Assembly: GCA_951406725.2 (NCBI GenBank)
Contig: OX597833.1
Location: 5,270,001 to 5,334,000, forward strand
DNA length: 64,000 bases
Reading direction: 5' to 3'
Source: Octopus vulgaris
Taxonomy: Eukaryota
The translations under genes were made by a program, and so were the position numbers. Shown one piece after another: positions 39,985 to 55,369 of the stretch; the first letter of the stretch is position 1; each line of letters begins with the position of its first letter. The notes under the pieces are model-generated. The model was given only the letters and a program-made list of their open reading frames with translations, had not been told where the DNA came from and did no database searches.

Positions 39985-40205
39985 AACCCGCATGTAGTCG
40001 TTCACTCTGTTAAAGATAGCAGCTAAATCTCCCCCAAACCTCACCGTCCCATGTTTACTCTCTGTGCAAAGGAACCCAGGACAGACTGCATTATCTACTG
40101 TGGTCCAGGGTTTCTTGAACAGGTGGATAAAACGAGTTAGTCACGGCTGGAATGCAATTTCTGATAGGTCTGCTCAGTCGGGGCTGAGCTGGATCTAAGC
40201 AACAA
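39985..40205 (+). mobile_element. Old dispersed repeat (copies ~47460-47680, 47825-48055; minus ~63040-63190 and 63450-63540)
   Basis: Shared blocks ATAGCAGCTAAATCTCCC and GTCACG(G/T)(C/T)TGGAATGC, ending ..TAA(G)CAACAAC. Confidence 0.5.
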
Positions 40206-40510
40206 CTGTGAGAGGAACTATAAAAATACTATGAATTTCGAAGAGAAAGTGGTGCTTGACGGGTTCGTGGCCACCGATAAGATCACAGACTGTAAAGAAG
40301 GGACTATGACAGAAGAATCCATTAAACGATCGATCAATTATACAACTGACTGTTAACAAATTGTCAAGTTCGATGGGAACATGGTGATATATTCTGACGA
40401 TGACAGGATGCTCTCAATTTACTCCCATCCTGTCAGTAAATGCTCCGATTTTATTTTTAAACTTGATTTAAAATAATAGCTTCAGATTAACATTTAAAAC
40501 ATACATACAT

Positions 40511-41003
<493 letters not shown>

Positions 41004-41037
41004 AAGGGAGTGCGTACATACATATATATATACTGAC

Positions 41038-41116
<79 letters not shown>

Positions 41117-41464
41117 CTGGCAGATAAAAAGAGACACAAAGAAAGTAGAAGCGCCGATACAAGCCCGACAATGCTTATATCTTCATGTCAATGTTTCCTT
41201 ACTTTTCAGCTATTGAGGTTGAAGTAATTGAATGATATTCTTAGGAATAAATTCATATCAATTTACGTGTTTTCTTAATAGCGTCCTGGGATGAAACAAA
41301 CATATTTTGTGGGGCTCATTATTTTTAATAAACCATATTGACACACAGACCTAGCAGTTTATTCTATGAATTCTGACCGCGACTTTTATTAACAGGAATC
41401 CTTATAACTTTTTCAGTGTGCTTTATGGATAATGTACTAAATAACCAGGATATATAAACGCTTA

Positions 41465-41507
<43 letters not shown>

Positions 41508-41557
41508 ATGTGACAATTATTCGAGGTCTCTTTCTGTTGTTGTCTTACCATTTTTAT

Positions 41558-41589
<32 letters not shown>

Positions 41590-41592
<3 letters not shown>

Positions 41593-41847
41593 GGACATGC
41601 CGCCTGGGTAGGCAGTGCCTACCGTGAATAAACTAGATCAATAGTAATATTTTCCTTTTATGGCAAAATATGCGCCAACTTCAATAAAATTATGAAGGTT
41701 ACTACAACAACGGTTTCTTTACGTCCTATAAAGGCAGAAAGAAATCTGCCTTCAACTCAGTCGCACGTCTGTATTTCGCTTATTTTTTTGTGTTTTACTA
41801 CATAATGGTCACCAACTTCCTACACTGAGTAATTACTGATGTGCCTG
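41590..41847. mobile_element. Probable MITE in (TA)n
   Basis: Short imperfect termini CAGGGACATG / GATGTGCCTG, subterminal hairpin GGTAGGCAGTGCCTACC, TA-repeat flanks. Confidence 0.4.
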
Positions 41848-41860
41848 ATATATATATATA

Positions 41861-42150
41861 CTAGCAGTATATATTGCTCGGGTTTGTAAGGGAAATAACT
41901 ATATAAGCATTTTTAGAGAGTTATAACCAAAAAATAGCAAAAAAATGCATTAAAAATGGAAAAAAAATTATGGTAAATTTTTTTTAAAAATCGTAGACTC
42001 ATCGTAGACGCACGCTAATACCCAGAAGGGCTCGATATGAATCACGACTATAAGATACCCGGTTTTGGTTAAACTGCACCGCAAAATGTGGGAGTAGTTA
42101 GGAATCTAAATCGTAGGAGACAGACACACAACTTCTCTTTTATATATAAA

Positions 42151-42152
<2 letters not shown>
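41861..42152 (-). mobile_element. Non-autonomous Helitron (~290 bp)
   Basis: Minus strand starts A|TCTTTATATATAAAAG and ends CCCGAGCAA..TACTGCTAG|T: TC...CTAG termini between A and T with no TSD; only one arm of the 3' hairpin remains. Confidence 0.75.
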
Positions 42153-42181
<29 letters not shown>

Positions 42182-43620
42182 AGCTATATAATAACGTCAA
42201 AATATGATGTAGGATATTTATTTAATGACGTTTGAAAAATGCTAATTCGGTGTAATTATGTTAAATTTCATGTAATTATCAATTTTTTCAGTGCCAACTG
42301 GAAGCATGGACGCGCATTAAATTTCCGAAGTTAATTAGGAAAATGTTGGTGGGTCATTAAATGTATACATGCATAGACATATACACAACACAGACACGCA
42401 CACACAAAGACACACACACACACACACACATATACAAACTCACATATACACGCATTTTTGTATATATACGTCTCGAATATAATCAAAATTATCTCCAGAG
42501 TCTATTAAAGAATTATTTTTAGAAATTAGGAATATCTCGTATGCAGGGAATGGCTGTGAAAACAGCTTTATAAAATCAGGTAAAAATACTCCTATAGCGG
42601 TACAGAGTACTTTTTTTTCCTTCTATAGGGGTATTTTTACTCGATTTCCTAATATCTGTTTTCACAATTATTCTCCCGCGTTCGAGATTTTCCGACGACG
42701 ATGAGGATGATGATAATGATGATGCGAATGACTACGACGACGACGATGATGATGATGATGATGATGATGATGACGACGATGGCGACGACGACAATGATGA
42801 TGATGATGACAACGATGACGATGACAACGATGATGACGACAATGATAATGATTAAGAGAAGTAGGAGGAGGAGAATGAAAACAACGAAAATAATGAAACA
42901 TGTAATAAAAGTGTGAAGAATAACCAAAACAAACGAACAAAAACACTAAAAGAAGAAAAGGCAGAATTTATGTTGCTTCGAATACGGAATGTTGGTGGCA
43001 TTTTTGGGTTTTTCTCTCTTTTTTTGCAAGATTTTTGCACGTGGCAAGCGGCCATAAAGCGTTGTCGACAAATGTTTTCTAGAAAGTAACAGAGAGAAAA
43101 TGTCGGCTGCTGTTATCTGCTGTTATCAATGATTTTTACATAGATTGTGCGGTAAGATTATGAAGTTTGTGGAGTAAATATTTATTAATAAACGGTTATG
43201 TGGACGGAGGAGGGAACATCGATGCAATGGAAGGGAATTTCTGCGAGCGCTGTTACATTCGAGTTTGGCGTAGTTCTTGGTTCCAATTTCAAACTGTCTG
43301 CAAAGAATGGCTTTTTTCCCCCTGCATATAGGGAGGGAGGGAGAGAAGTGGGAAGGTAAATAGGTGGGTAATATGTATATATACGTATACACACACATAT
43401 ATATTATATATATATATTTATATACACAAATACACACACGCACACATACATAGATTTATATATAGACACACATTACAGTGCACGTGCACATACATATATA
43501 CATAGTCGTACATAGGCACCCAAGAAACTTAGCGAAAGCATCGTACTTGTTACCAAGTCATCCCAAATTCCAACTGCTGGGCTATAATGTGTGCGTGCGT
43601 GTGTGTGTGCGTATGTATAC

Positions 43621-43677
<57 letters not shown>

Positions 43678-43769
43678 TGTATGTTTGAATATTTGTATGT
43701 ATATATATATATATCTATATATATGCACACACATATATATATATATATATACATATATATATGCACATA

Positions 43770-43803
<34 letters not shown>

Positions 43804-43835
43804 AGCATTCAAACAACATATATATATATATATAG

Positions 43836-43907
<72 letters not shown>

Positions 43908-44579
43908 ATGAATATGTGTATAAGAAGAAATAACTGGCGGTGCACTTCTTGTGGCACATTGGAGATTAACATGAAGAACTGACTGGCGGCACAACGGAGA
44001 TTATTATAAAAAAATTACTGGCACATTTCTCATAGAAAGTGAAACAATTCTGTATGCATTATATTGTACGCGTGTGCTTATAATTATAAGCAAAGGTGAA
44101 ACGCTCCACTAGTAATGATACGAATATAAGAAAAAAATATTAAAATAAAAAGCGATCGCGGTCCGGTGGGAGATGTTTGGCTTGCGTTCATTATCTAAAC
44201 ATTTAATCGCCTTCGCTCAAGCTTCTGCTTTATTATGTAAACATATCTACTCCACCACAATCCCTCCTACCTTAACAAACAATAAACAAACACACTGAGA
44301 GAGAAAACAAGTACTCCTGCAATATGATGGACTTCAAACATGAAGACTCGTGTGTGCCAAGTTAAAGCTTCGTTTGGTCGCTACTCGGATTTTCTTGTTT
44401 TTTATTTATGTATTTATTCATATATTGCCGAGGCAGAGGCATAGGTTTCGAACCACTTGGTTTAGGGGTTCAGTCCCACTGCGTGGTAATTTGGGATAGT
44501 ACAGTGTCTTCTACTATAGCCCGGCCGCTCAAATGCCTTCTAAGTGAACACGGTAGACGGGAACTGTTAGGATACTTGT

Positions 44580-44642
<63 letters not shown>

Positions 44643-45031
44643 TGGAAGAAAGCAGCGAATGTATACGAAAACAAGGACGGAAAAAACGGAGAAATGGTAC
44701 ACAAATACAAATGCAAATAAAAGACATTAACAACAGGTGTCTTTCGACTAAGGACGAATTAAATTAATCTGGTGTGTGTGGAAGTGAAGCCTTACGGCAG
44801 GGACATATGGATTTAACAGGCATGGGAAGGAATATAGATGTTGCACGGATTGTAGTCAAACCAAGAAAGAAAGGTCAAGAGAAACATGTTAAATAGTGCA
44901 ATACAGTAGTATTGCTTCCTAGTAAAACAAATCATTATCAGGGTAAAGTATAAATATAGGATAGTTGTACAACAATGCACTAATATTTACTGGAAATAGC
45001 AGTCGATAATATACGACGCTATAGTAAAGCT

Positions 45032-45089
<58 letters not shown>

Positions 45090-45129
45090 GCAAATATTTC
45101 CAGTAAATAATTGTGCATTGTTGTATTAG

Positions 45130-45169
<40 letters not shown>

Positions 45170-45172
<3 letters not shown>

Positions 45173-45358
45173 GAACTGTTGATCCTTAAACATTTTTCTC
45201 TCTCCGTTTATTTTCATTTTCTCTATATTCTCTTCTGTCGAAGAGCGTAGGCTCGAAATGTAAAAGACTTTTCCATTTTTCCCGAGCGTCAAAGTAATAC
45301 ACTTGCTTATTGTTCCTACATCTGTCTTCGTCTTCGTTTTTCTATAAATTTGAACTAC
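45170..45358 (+). mobile_element. Short Penelope-like-derived repeat with a degenerate hammerhead motif
   Basis: TCTT-CTGTCGA-A-GAGC(gtag)GCTC-GAAATGT-A-AAAGA at 45231-45266; homologous copy at 56180-56375. Confidence 0.55.
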
Positions 45359-46490
45359 ATACATACATGCATACATGAATACATGTATGTTCCGTGAGTA
45401 TGTTTATGTATTCATGTATGTATGTATCTGCGTTTATGTTGTGTTTGTCCCCCACTGCAGCTAGAAACCGGTGATGGTTTGTTTACGCCTCCATAACGTA
45501 GTGGTTCTGCAAACGAGAACGATTGAATAAATACCAGATTTGAAAATAAGTACGGGTGTCGATTTGTTCGATTAGGTCCTTTTAGTCAGTGCCCCAGCAT
45601 TGCCGTAGTCCGGTGACTGAAAGTAGTACAAGAAAAAAGATGTCTCCTCACATAATTTCTGGCAGGTTTCATTGGTGTTGATCCCGGTTCAAACAAGCCA
45701 CCATCGTGAATGTACTTGACCTCACAGTCTCTTGTCAGCACTTTTGCGAGTGAACTCGGCTCAAGCGGAACAGCGTCACAAGTGATCTTGACCCGACAGT
45801 TGATCGCCAGCTCCAGCACTGTTGATCTCATCTCACAAGAAACATCGCTGCCAGTGAACTTGTCCTCACAGTTTTAAAATTTAATGTAATAGAGCCGAGA
45901 TAATTTCTGAGCTGATTATTTATCTAAACTAGAATGTCATAATTGCTGCTCTCGTTTGAGATATGGTCGCCATAAGGAGGTACTTGACGGTATCGTTGTA
46001 ACGGTTTGTGATAAAGTAGCTTAGAGTAATACAGGAAACCCACTGGCTGTGACAGGCGAGTACGAAGCTGTAAATCGTGTATGTGTGGAAGGAGGGAAGG
46101 AGAGAGGTAGGGTGGCAGAGAGATGGTGGATTGGAGCGGTAGATAGAGGAATATATATACAGAGGGAAATAGAGAGAAAGCGTGAGAAATGTGTACAGAG
46201 AAGGGTTTTGTGTTTAAGAGACATTAGGGAGAGACAAAGAGAAAGAAGGCAGAGAGATAGAGTGAGAAATATAGAGAGAAAAAGGGAGAGGATGAGAGAG
46301 AGAACGTGAGACAGAAGTGCAGAAAGTGAGAGAGAGAAGAAAAGAGGGAGAGCAAGAAAGAGAGACGGAGAGAAGGAGAGATATGTGTGGGGGTGGGGAA
46401 ACAAGTTACAAAGTAAGTTGGGATATAGACAAATGGAGAGATTTAAATTAGATTTTGCGAGAGCGTGTTTATATATATATATATATATAT

Positions 46491-46574
<84 letters not shown>

Positions 46575-46683
46575 TTATATATACATATACACATATATAT
46601 ATGTATATATATGTATATATATATATATATATATGTATGTATTTATATATACATATACACATATATATATATGTATATATATG

Positions 46684-46714
<31 letters not shown>

Positions 46715-46733
46715 ATATATACATATATGTATA

Positions 46734-46776
<43 letters not shown>

Positions 46777-46792
46777 TTATATATATATATAC

Positions 46793-46851
<59 letters not shown>

Positions 46852-46997
46852 TAAAGAGAGGGAGAAAAAGAAAGAAAGAAAGAAAAAGACAAAGATGTAG
46901 AAAGACATAGAAACGTGCGAGCGACTGAAAGAGAAATGTCGTTCGTTTGAGGATGTAAACATGCACGTATTTATACATGCATACATACATACATACA

Positions 46998-47184
<187 letters not shown>

Positions 47185-48099
47185 TTATATATTAATGTGT
47201 GTTTTTGAGTGTTGATGTGAGATTGTCATCTCAGAAGTGCGTTCCAATTACGTGTAATCTTAGAATGGCGATTCCGTTTCATAACATATTTAGAACAACT
47301 GTGTTGTCGGGAAATTTGTTGAAAACCAGAACGACGTCTGCAAGACTTAATTAGTGTTCCAAGGAAGATGTAGAGAATGTCTCGTAATTGTTGATTTCCT
47401 TAGCAAAGCGGAGCTAATAAGATAGTAAACATTGGTGCGTAGCTTCTATAGTACAAGCCACCCAGAGAGCATCTAGGTGGTCAAGAAACATCCTAAAAAT
47501 AGCAGCTAGGTTTTCATCAAATTATACGTTACTTCATAAAAAAATAGAGGGATACGTCAGATGATATGATCGAAGGTATACAATGAATGAGAAAAGATCG
47601 ATTTGTCTTGGATGAAATGGAATTTCGTTGATCTCAATTGCTGTAAATTATGACTGATCTTAGGCTAAGATATGACCAACGGGAATAATAACACCAATAA
47701 TAAAACTTCAGTATTTCTACGAATAGATTGTTGTGTTAGTTCTGTACAAGTTCTGCTGGTTTTTGTGTTCTTTTACACACTTTTTGACGAGCTGTAGGAC
47801 AAGCAAGGGCTTAATCGATGATCCAACGAGATAGAGCCTTTACGTGGTCGCTCTACTCGCTAGAAATAATGGCCAAATATCTTTCAAATCGCATCTTATC
47901 ATCTGAAAAATGTAAGAAGGACACAATGGATGCAGTTGTGGTTGTAATACGTCTGGAGTGCGATGGAGGTGGGGAAGACGGCGAGGTCACGTTTGGAATG
48001 CTTTTGACTAGAATCATAGGCTTGATCGATCAAAAGCTGATGATCTGGAGTTAACAACAGCAACAGTAACAGCTACAACAGCAACAAATACTACTACTG

Positions 48100-48149
<50 letters not shown>

Positions 48150-48272
48150 GCTGCTGCTACTACTGCTGCTGCTGCTGCTACTACTACTACTACCACCACC
48201 ACCACCACCACCACTACTACTACTAATACTACTACTACTACTACAACTATCACCACCACCACCACCACCACA

Positions 48273-48325
<53 letters not shown>

Positions 48326-48342
48326 CTTTGTAAGAAATTGCT

Positions 48343-48374
<32 letters not shown>

Positions 48375-48399
48375 CGTTGTTGTTATTAACATTATTCAG

Positions 48400-48610
48400 T
48401 GGGAAAGCTGGCGGAATCGTTAGCACATCGTACAAAATGCTTAGCAGCATTCCATCCGTCTTTACGTTCGGAGTTCAAATTCCACCGAGGTCGATTCTGC
48501 CTTTCATCCTTTCGGGGTCGATAAAATAAGTAGCAGTGGAGCAGTGTGGTCGATGTAATCGACTTAAACCCTCCCTCTAAATTGCTGGCCTTGTACCAAA
48601 ATTTGAAACG
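48400..48610 (+). mobile_element. Family B SINE
   Basis: AGCTGGCGGAATCG..GAGTTCAAATTCC..GCCTTTCATCCTTTCGGGGTCGATAAAATAAGTA. Confidence 0.8.
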
Positions 48611-49691
48611 ACTATTAGAAATGATTTCGTAAAATATAAAATGTGTGTTCGGAATTTGGTATGTTTATTTATTCCTTAGGTTAATCTTTGCTTAATTCTG
48701 TGTAATATTGACGAAATCTACTCCCATACAACTTCTGGATATTTAGAAGAAGTAGTAATTATATTTTTCCTGTGGTTAGTTGGAGGAAGTGGTATTTCGA
48801 GAAGGTTTCCTCTTCCCGCCGGAAAAGAAAGTCATACGTCGCTAACACAATATTTGCAATAACCTGTTTAGGAATTTTATATTCACGAAAGTTTAATCAG
48901 GCGGAGAAAGTTAAAATGACTATGCAACGAAGTTTAACGGTAGAAGGAATTTAAAAAAATACCTGAAGGTTAATATCACCATCATTACTACGACTGGAGA
49001 CGTTTGAGATGAAACATTTAAGCTATAAACACAATTTATTCTGGAAAACGAGAGAAATAAACTGTTTATCACAAAACTGTACTAAGTGGCCTTTTCACTT
49101 CATTAACTTGTATCAACACTAAGTTCCAAATATTCCAACTGAACACACACACACACATACACACACACACACACACACACGCCCATACACATGCATGTAT
49201 GTATAAATATACTTATATGAATGTATCTATATGTGTGTGTGTATGTGTGTGAATAATTTACGTAAATGAAGGACAGATATAGAGCTGAAAGAGGATAAAT
49301 ATTTATGCATTGCGACTGAATTTACACAAAGTCAAAGAACACACAGCACGCCGAATCAGAAAGCAAGGAACCAGCGTCTGTGGTTATTTCCTTTCAGCTT
49401 GCATCCATTTTTATCTAAAAGCACACACACGCACACGCACGCACACACACACACACACGCACGCACGCACGTCTTTATATGCATATATAAATATTTATAT
49501 CTACATATAAGCATTATGTATTACACATACATACGTGTGTGTGTGTATATAAATATATACATATACAAACATATATGTATGTGTTGGCTTTGCATCATGA
49601 AGCTCTGCGCTCAAACTCAGACTCATAGATGCAGTCACACACATTCATACACACACAAACACATACACACGAACACATGCATAGGCGCGCG

Positions 49692-49735
<44 letters not shown>

Positions 49736-50582
49736 CGCGTACGCCCACGCACACAAACACACATACACTCCCTCTCTCACATATGCACACGAATACACAT
49801 GTATTTCCTTAATCTTTAATCACCAGAAACTACAAAGTAACTCAAGAGTCGAGAGTTTCGTGTCTGGCACTTATCAAACAGGCATTAGATCTGAGAGCCT
49901 GCCTTTTTTGCAGTTTGACTTACGATGATAATTATCTTTAGACTACTCCTGAAAAAAAAAATTCTAGTCTGAAGGTCACATAAATAATTATATTTTTTCA
50001 AGTAGTCTAATTCTTATAAATGGATAAATAAGTAAAAGATTAAGAATTGATAAGAGAAATAAAATGAGAGGAGAAAGTATACGCACATACACATACCTGG
50101 AAGTATTTATGCGTCCTGTTAGACACCAATATATACTATAAATAACATGCTCTATATGTACATGAATATGAGATGCATTCGTATGAAGGTCCATAACTTT
50201 CAGATATCAAAAGTTTCACAAGTTACATACGCAATCATCAGTAGAGGAAGAGAGGCCTTATTCTCATTTATATCTATTTTATCGAAGCTCAGTGTTATGT
50301 ATATTTTGTAATCGAAACTGAGGAACCTGAACTATCGAACATATGTGAAATATGCGCATATTCAGTACACTTTTCTGAATAATCATGGATATATGGATAT
50401 TATATTCCACGTTGATTCGAAAGAATCTTCGGATTTCCATCGATGATTTTTGGTACATTGCATCTTTATGTTGTATCATTAATTGATAAAACTTGTTCAA
50501 GCGTTGCTGGATTGTTTATTCTCCAGTTTCATATATAACAAATAAACATTAATTGTCCATTCTTTATTTTACCGTTTTCGTA

Positions 50583-50950
50583 ATGAGTGAGGAGAAATAT
50601 ACCAATTAGAGCTATTTTACGCTTCATGTGGGAAGGAGAGACTGAGAGCAATAATTGTATCAGCAAAAGAAATTAACGATGCGGAAGACCCAAGAATTGT
50701 TAACGAACATGCGGCATAAAACTGGTTCAGATGTTTCGAGGAAGGTGGAAAACCAAATCAAGGAGATTTTCTGTTGTGGAAGATGTGGTCTCGCTTGAAA
50801 TTGTTGAATAATAGACAGGCACAAGCTTTCGTACATACCCCGTGTGTAGAACTGAGTAAACGGAGACGATATAGAAGTATGCCGGGTGGATTCTACCCAT
50901 AATTCAAAAGGTACAGCCTTGTCACACACGCTGAATGAATCAGATTCTGA
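50583..50950 (+). pseudogene. Degraded mariner transposase N-terminal (HTH) fragment
   Basis: IRAILRF..SAKEINDAEDPRIVNEHAA*NWFRCFEEG, then a WVPH-like remnant near 50890-50900. Confidence 0.55.
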
Positions 50951-51084
50951 CTGAGAATTACACTGTGGAATACTCAGTCACTTAGACGTTAATTCTCTAA
51001 ACACGTTGAATCCTCCTCGTCGAACGACGGAAACCCACATCTACGACTGTAAGATTGTATGATGCATTTCTGAAGTTTATTTCC

Positions 51085-51208
51085 TAACCCCATGGTTCCG
51101 AGTTCAGTCCCACTGCGTGGCACTTTGGGCAAGTTTCTTTTTCTATCGCCCCAGGTTGACTAATGTTTTGTGACTGGATCTGGTAGACGGAAACTAAAGG
51201 AAGCTCGT

Positions 51209-51301
<93 letters not shown>

Positions 51302-51714
51302 CTGTGTGAGTCTTTGTTTGTCTCTCACCACCTCTTGATAACTATTGGCGTGCTTAAGACCCGTTACTTAGCGGTTCGGCAAAAAAGACCGATAGAATAA
51401 GTGCCAATAAAATAGTCTCTCTTTATCACTCACTGAAACAGTAAAAGAAATGATGGAGGTGTGTGTGTGGGTGGGTGTGTCTATCTCTTTGTCTCCCCGT
51501 CTTGCTGTCTCTCTCTCGCTCTCTCACTCTCTTTCTGTCTCTCTCGGTGACTCTCTGTCTCTCTTTCTCTCTCTCTCTCTCTCGGTCTCTCTCTGTCTGT
51601 CTCTCTCGTTCTCGGTCTCTCTTTCTCTTGGTCCCCTCCACACACATACTCTCCCCACTCACTCTTTGCCACCCCACTAACTCTCTCTCTCCGTCTATAC
51701 ACACACACACACAT

Positions 51715-51772
<58 letters not shown>

Positions 51773-52095
51773 TATACAAATACACACATGCGTTTAAGCT
51801 ACATGTATAGCATGACCGGCTAAAGCCTTGTGAGTGGATTTGGTAGAAGGAAACTGAAAGAAGCCTGTCGTATACATGTGTGTGTGTGTGTGTTTGTATT
51901 TGTGTGTCTATCGCTTGACAACCGATGCTGGTGTGCTTATGTCCCTGTAATCTAGCGGTTCGGCAAAAGATAACCGATAGAATAAGTACTAGGCTTACAA
52001 AGAATAAGTCCTGAGGTCGATTTGTTCGACTAAAAGGCGATGCTCCAGCATCGCCGCAGTTAGAATGACTGAAACAAGCAAAAGAATAAAAGAAT
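51085..52095 (+). mobile_element. Two partial family D SINEs (51085-51410, 51815-52095) separated by CT/TA repeats
   Basis: Conserved blocks GTTCAGTCCCACTGCGTGG, GGATTTGGTAGA.GGAAACT, GATAGAATAAGT. Confidence 0.8.
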
Positions 52096-52144
52096 ATACA
52101 TAAATATATATATGGATATATATGGATATATATATGTATGTATG

Positions 52145-52177
<33 letters not shown>

Positions 52178-52227
52178 GGGGTGGGAAATGAGTGTTCGTG
52201 TGTCCGCACGCACTCACACTCAGATAC

Positions 52228-52267
<40 letters not shown>

Positions 52268-52268
52268 A

Positions 52269-52318
<50 letters not shown>

Positions 52319-52714
52319 CAAATCAAAGAAGTGCCGTTTTGGTAGACAAAATAATCAATGCTTATTGGAATTAAAAACTACCAATATTAATTATCAAACA
52401 GGAAAGACCAAAACCACACCAAACCAAACCACTCCAAACCTAACCAAACCTAACAAACTGAATGATTTCCAATTCATTATACAAATTTTAATTCAACACT
52501 TAGCAGCGAAATATATAATTTAGTAAATGGTTAATATTTTGATGTGAGACAAGCAAAATTTTTCAGCTGCCTTTTATGTTTATATTTCATACGTAAACTA
52601 AACGTAACGGTGTTAATCAAACGCGCCCGTAGTCAGCTATTTTTAATACTAGATTTAGAACAGAAGCAGAATAATATATGCTTTCCTTGTCATTAAAATG
52701 TGAGGAATGGACGG

Positions 52715-52750
<36 letters not shown>

Positions 52751-52889
52751 TTATAATGCAGGCGTTTGTTCGGTATAAAGTCTGTGTACTTTATAGGTGT
52801 GTGGTGATGGTTAAAATTAGTCTAATAGAAATTTTATTCGATGTAACTGTATAAAATAAAGACGCTATGTATGTATGTATGTATGTATG

Positions 52890-53007
<118 letters not shown>

Positions 53008-53118
53008 GCAAAACAATTAAGATTCAAATGAATTCGAATGAATTCAAATGAATATGGTACTTAACTTAGATGCACCAGAATTCTTTATGGTATTAACCAT
53101 AAAATTATGTGGGGTGAT

Positions 53119-53201
53119 TATAACCAAGAAAAAAGTAACAAGAATGTACAACAATCGTACTAAACTACTGATCCATTCTTGTTACTTTTTTCTTGGTTAT
53201 A
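53119..53201. repeat. Perfect 28-bp inverted repeat with 27-bp spacer
   Basis: TATAACCAAGAAAAAAGTAACAAGAATG / CATTCTTGTTACTTTTTTCTTGGTTATA. Confidence 0.85.
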
Positions 53202-53264
53202 TATATATTTAGGTTTGTGTAAGTATGTAAGAATATCTATACCTAATATATATATATATATAGC

Positions 53265-53312
53265 AAAAACTGTCCGATGAACGGCAACGGGAAACTCAGA
53301 GTAACAGGTTTT
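53265..53312 (+). ncRNA. Type I hammerhead-like motif (U4C core variant)
   Basis: AAAACTGT-CCGATGA-A-CG(gcaa)CG-G-GAA-ACT(cag)AGT-A-ACAGGTTTT: stem I CTGT/ACAG, GCAA tetraloop, near-palindromic stem III, GUA triplet. Confidence 0.6.
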
Positions 53313-53370
53313 GTTGAATTTTCTGCTGCTTTAAATAAAGTATATATATATATATATATATATTCATATA

Positions 53371-53404
<34 letters not shown>

Positions 53405-53405
<1 letters not shown>

Positions 53406-53553
53406 GCGTTAGCGTTGCAGTGTGATTTCAGCCACATGAACCAGGGTTCAGTCCCACTGCATGTCACCTACGACAAGTGTCTTCCATTATAACTTCGTGT
53501 CAACCGAAGCTTTGTGAGTGGATTTAATACACGGAAACTGAAAGAAGCCCGTC

Positions 53554-53606
<53 letters not shown>

Positions 53607-53845
53607 TATGTGTGCGTATGTGCGTGTGTGTATGAATTTATGTGTCTGTGTTTCCTCTCTCCCCACCCAACATCGCTTGACAACTAATGCTGGTGTGTTT
53701 ACGTCCCCATGACTTAGTGGTTCAGCGAAAGAGACCGATAGAGAAAGTACTAGGCTAACTAAGAATAAGTCCTGGGGTCGATTTGCTCGACTAAAGTCGG
53801 TGCTCCAGCATGGCCACAGTCAAATGACTGAAACAAATAAAAGAA
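53405..53845 (+). mobile_element. Family D SINE
   Basis: Head, core, internal microsatellite and tail all present, moderately diverged. Confidence 0.85.
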
Positions 53846-53894
53846 TATATATATGTGTAAATATATATACATATATACATATATGTGTGTATAT

Positions 53895-53996
<102 letters not shown>

Positions 53997-54639
53997 GTGG
54001 AGTACAGAGTGTAATCAAAGATTATATAAATGACACGGGTACAAGAAGTTATGAAATGAACTCCCTTCGCTTACACCTGTTTCTGCTACGAGATTCGATT
54101 CAGTCGTGGCTGAGTGTTTGTGTACCACTTGACAGTATCGTCGCGGCTTCATGTTCGAAGCTCCGGTGAAGTTGAAGCTATAAAATAGTACACGAGCATT
54201 CAGGAACGGGTGCATCGAACGGGTGCATCGAACGGTACAGCAGAAACACCTGTCAGCTAATAAAGTTTGTTATATAATTTCTCATAGAATTTGTTATATA
54301 ATTTGTGTTATATAATGTGTATGTACACACACACACGCACACACACACGCACGCACACACGCACATACGCGCACACACACGTACACAGACGTATTTTTTA
54401 CATATTTTCTTTTGGTGATAACATTTGTTGATATTTTTCTTTATTAACGCCTATTGCCTACCCTGAGTTTTTACCAATAACACATATCTTGTATCTATAC
54501 ATATTGTTCTATTTATATAAGCGTCTTTTATTTATATACAATATATATAAGTTTATGTATCTGTGTATAAAAGATGCGGGTATTTATTTGTAGCACACAC
54601 ACACACACACACTTACTCATACACATACACAAGATCAAA

Positions 54640-54870
54640 GCTCCTTCTCGAGCCATAGGCTCATTAGGACCGGTTTCCCGAATTCTATGGCGTGTATATT
54701 CTCCACCTGCACGGGACGCCGGTTCATTCCAGAATTACTCATTTTTGCCAGCTGGGCGGACTAAAGTAACGTGAAATGAAGTGTTTTGTCCAAGAATACA
54801 ACGCATCGTTGCTCCAGGAATCGAAACCGCGCCCTTACGATCATAAGTACGACACCCCAACCACTTAGAC
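54640..54870 (-). mobile_element. CORE-type SINE (family C) with tail type 3
   Basis: Homologous to 15325-15520, plus tRNA-like head (AAGTGGTTGGGG..GGTTTCGATTCC). Confidence 0.7.
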
Positions 54871-55369
54871 ATGCACCTCTATATATTTGTATATGCATAT
54901 ATTGTATATATCAAAATGATGTGTTATAATACTATTCCACAGCCATACCGACTATCCAACTTACCACCATCATCAGCTGCCCCACGGATATCATTATGGT
55001 TTCGACACCTGGGCGGTACCATTCAATGCGGCGGTGTCAACAGCACTAAAATAATTGTTGTTTGGGAACAAACACACCAAAGAAACCACAACTTTCAAAC
55101 ACATTTATCCTATGTACAACCGTATCGATAAATAAATTCCATAAGCAAATTACAACCACGCCTAAATATGTTAAAAATGTGTTGGGAAGCATGAACCATT
55201 ACGAAACGCTTTAGGCTCAGTAAACAATTCCACACTTCACTCCGATATTCTGCACAGTTTGAAAGAAACAGCGTATCGCTAGATAGCTGAGCGTGTAGAA
55301 TTCGAGTCACGTTATATAATAATATAGTAATTGGTATTTTTAAAGTTTTATATAACATACATACATAGG

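Noticed and set aside
55120-55300. CR1/L2-type LINE 3' end on the minus strand (FLSN..VWN.L)
   Set aside because: Similarity too weak to call by eye.
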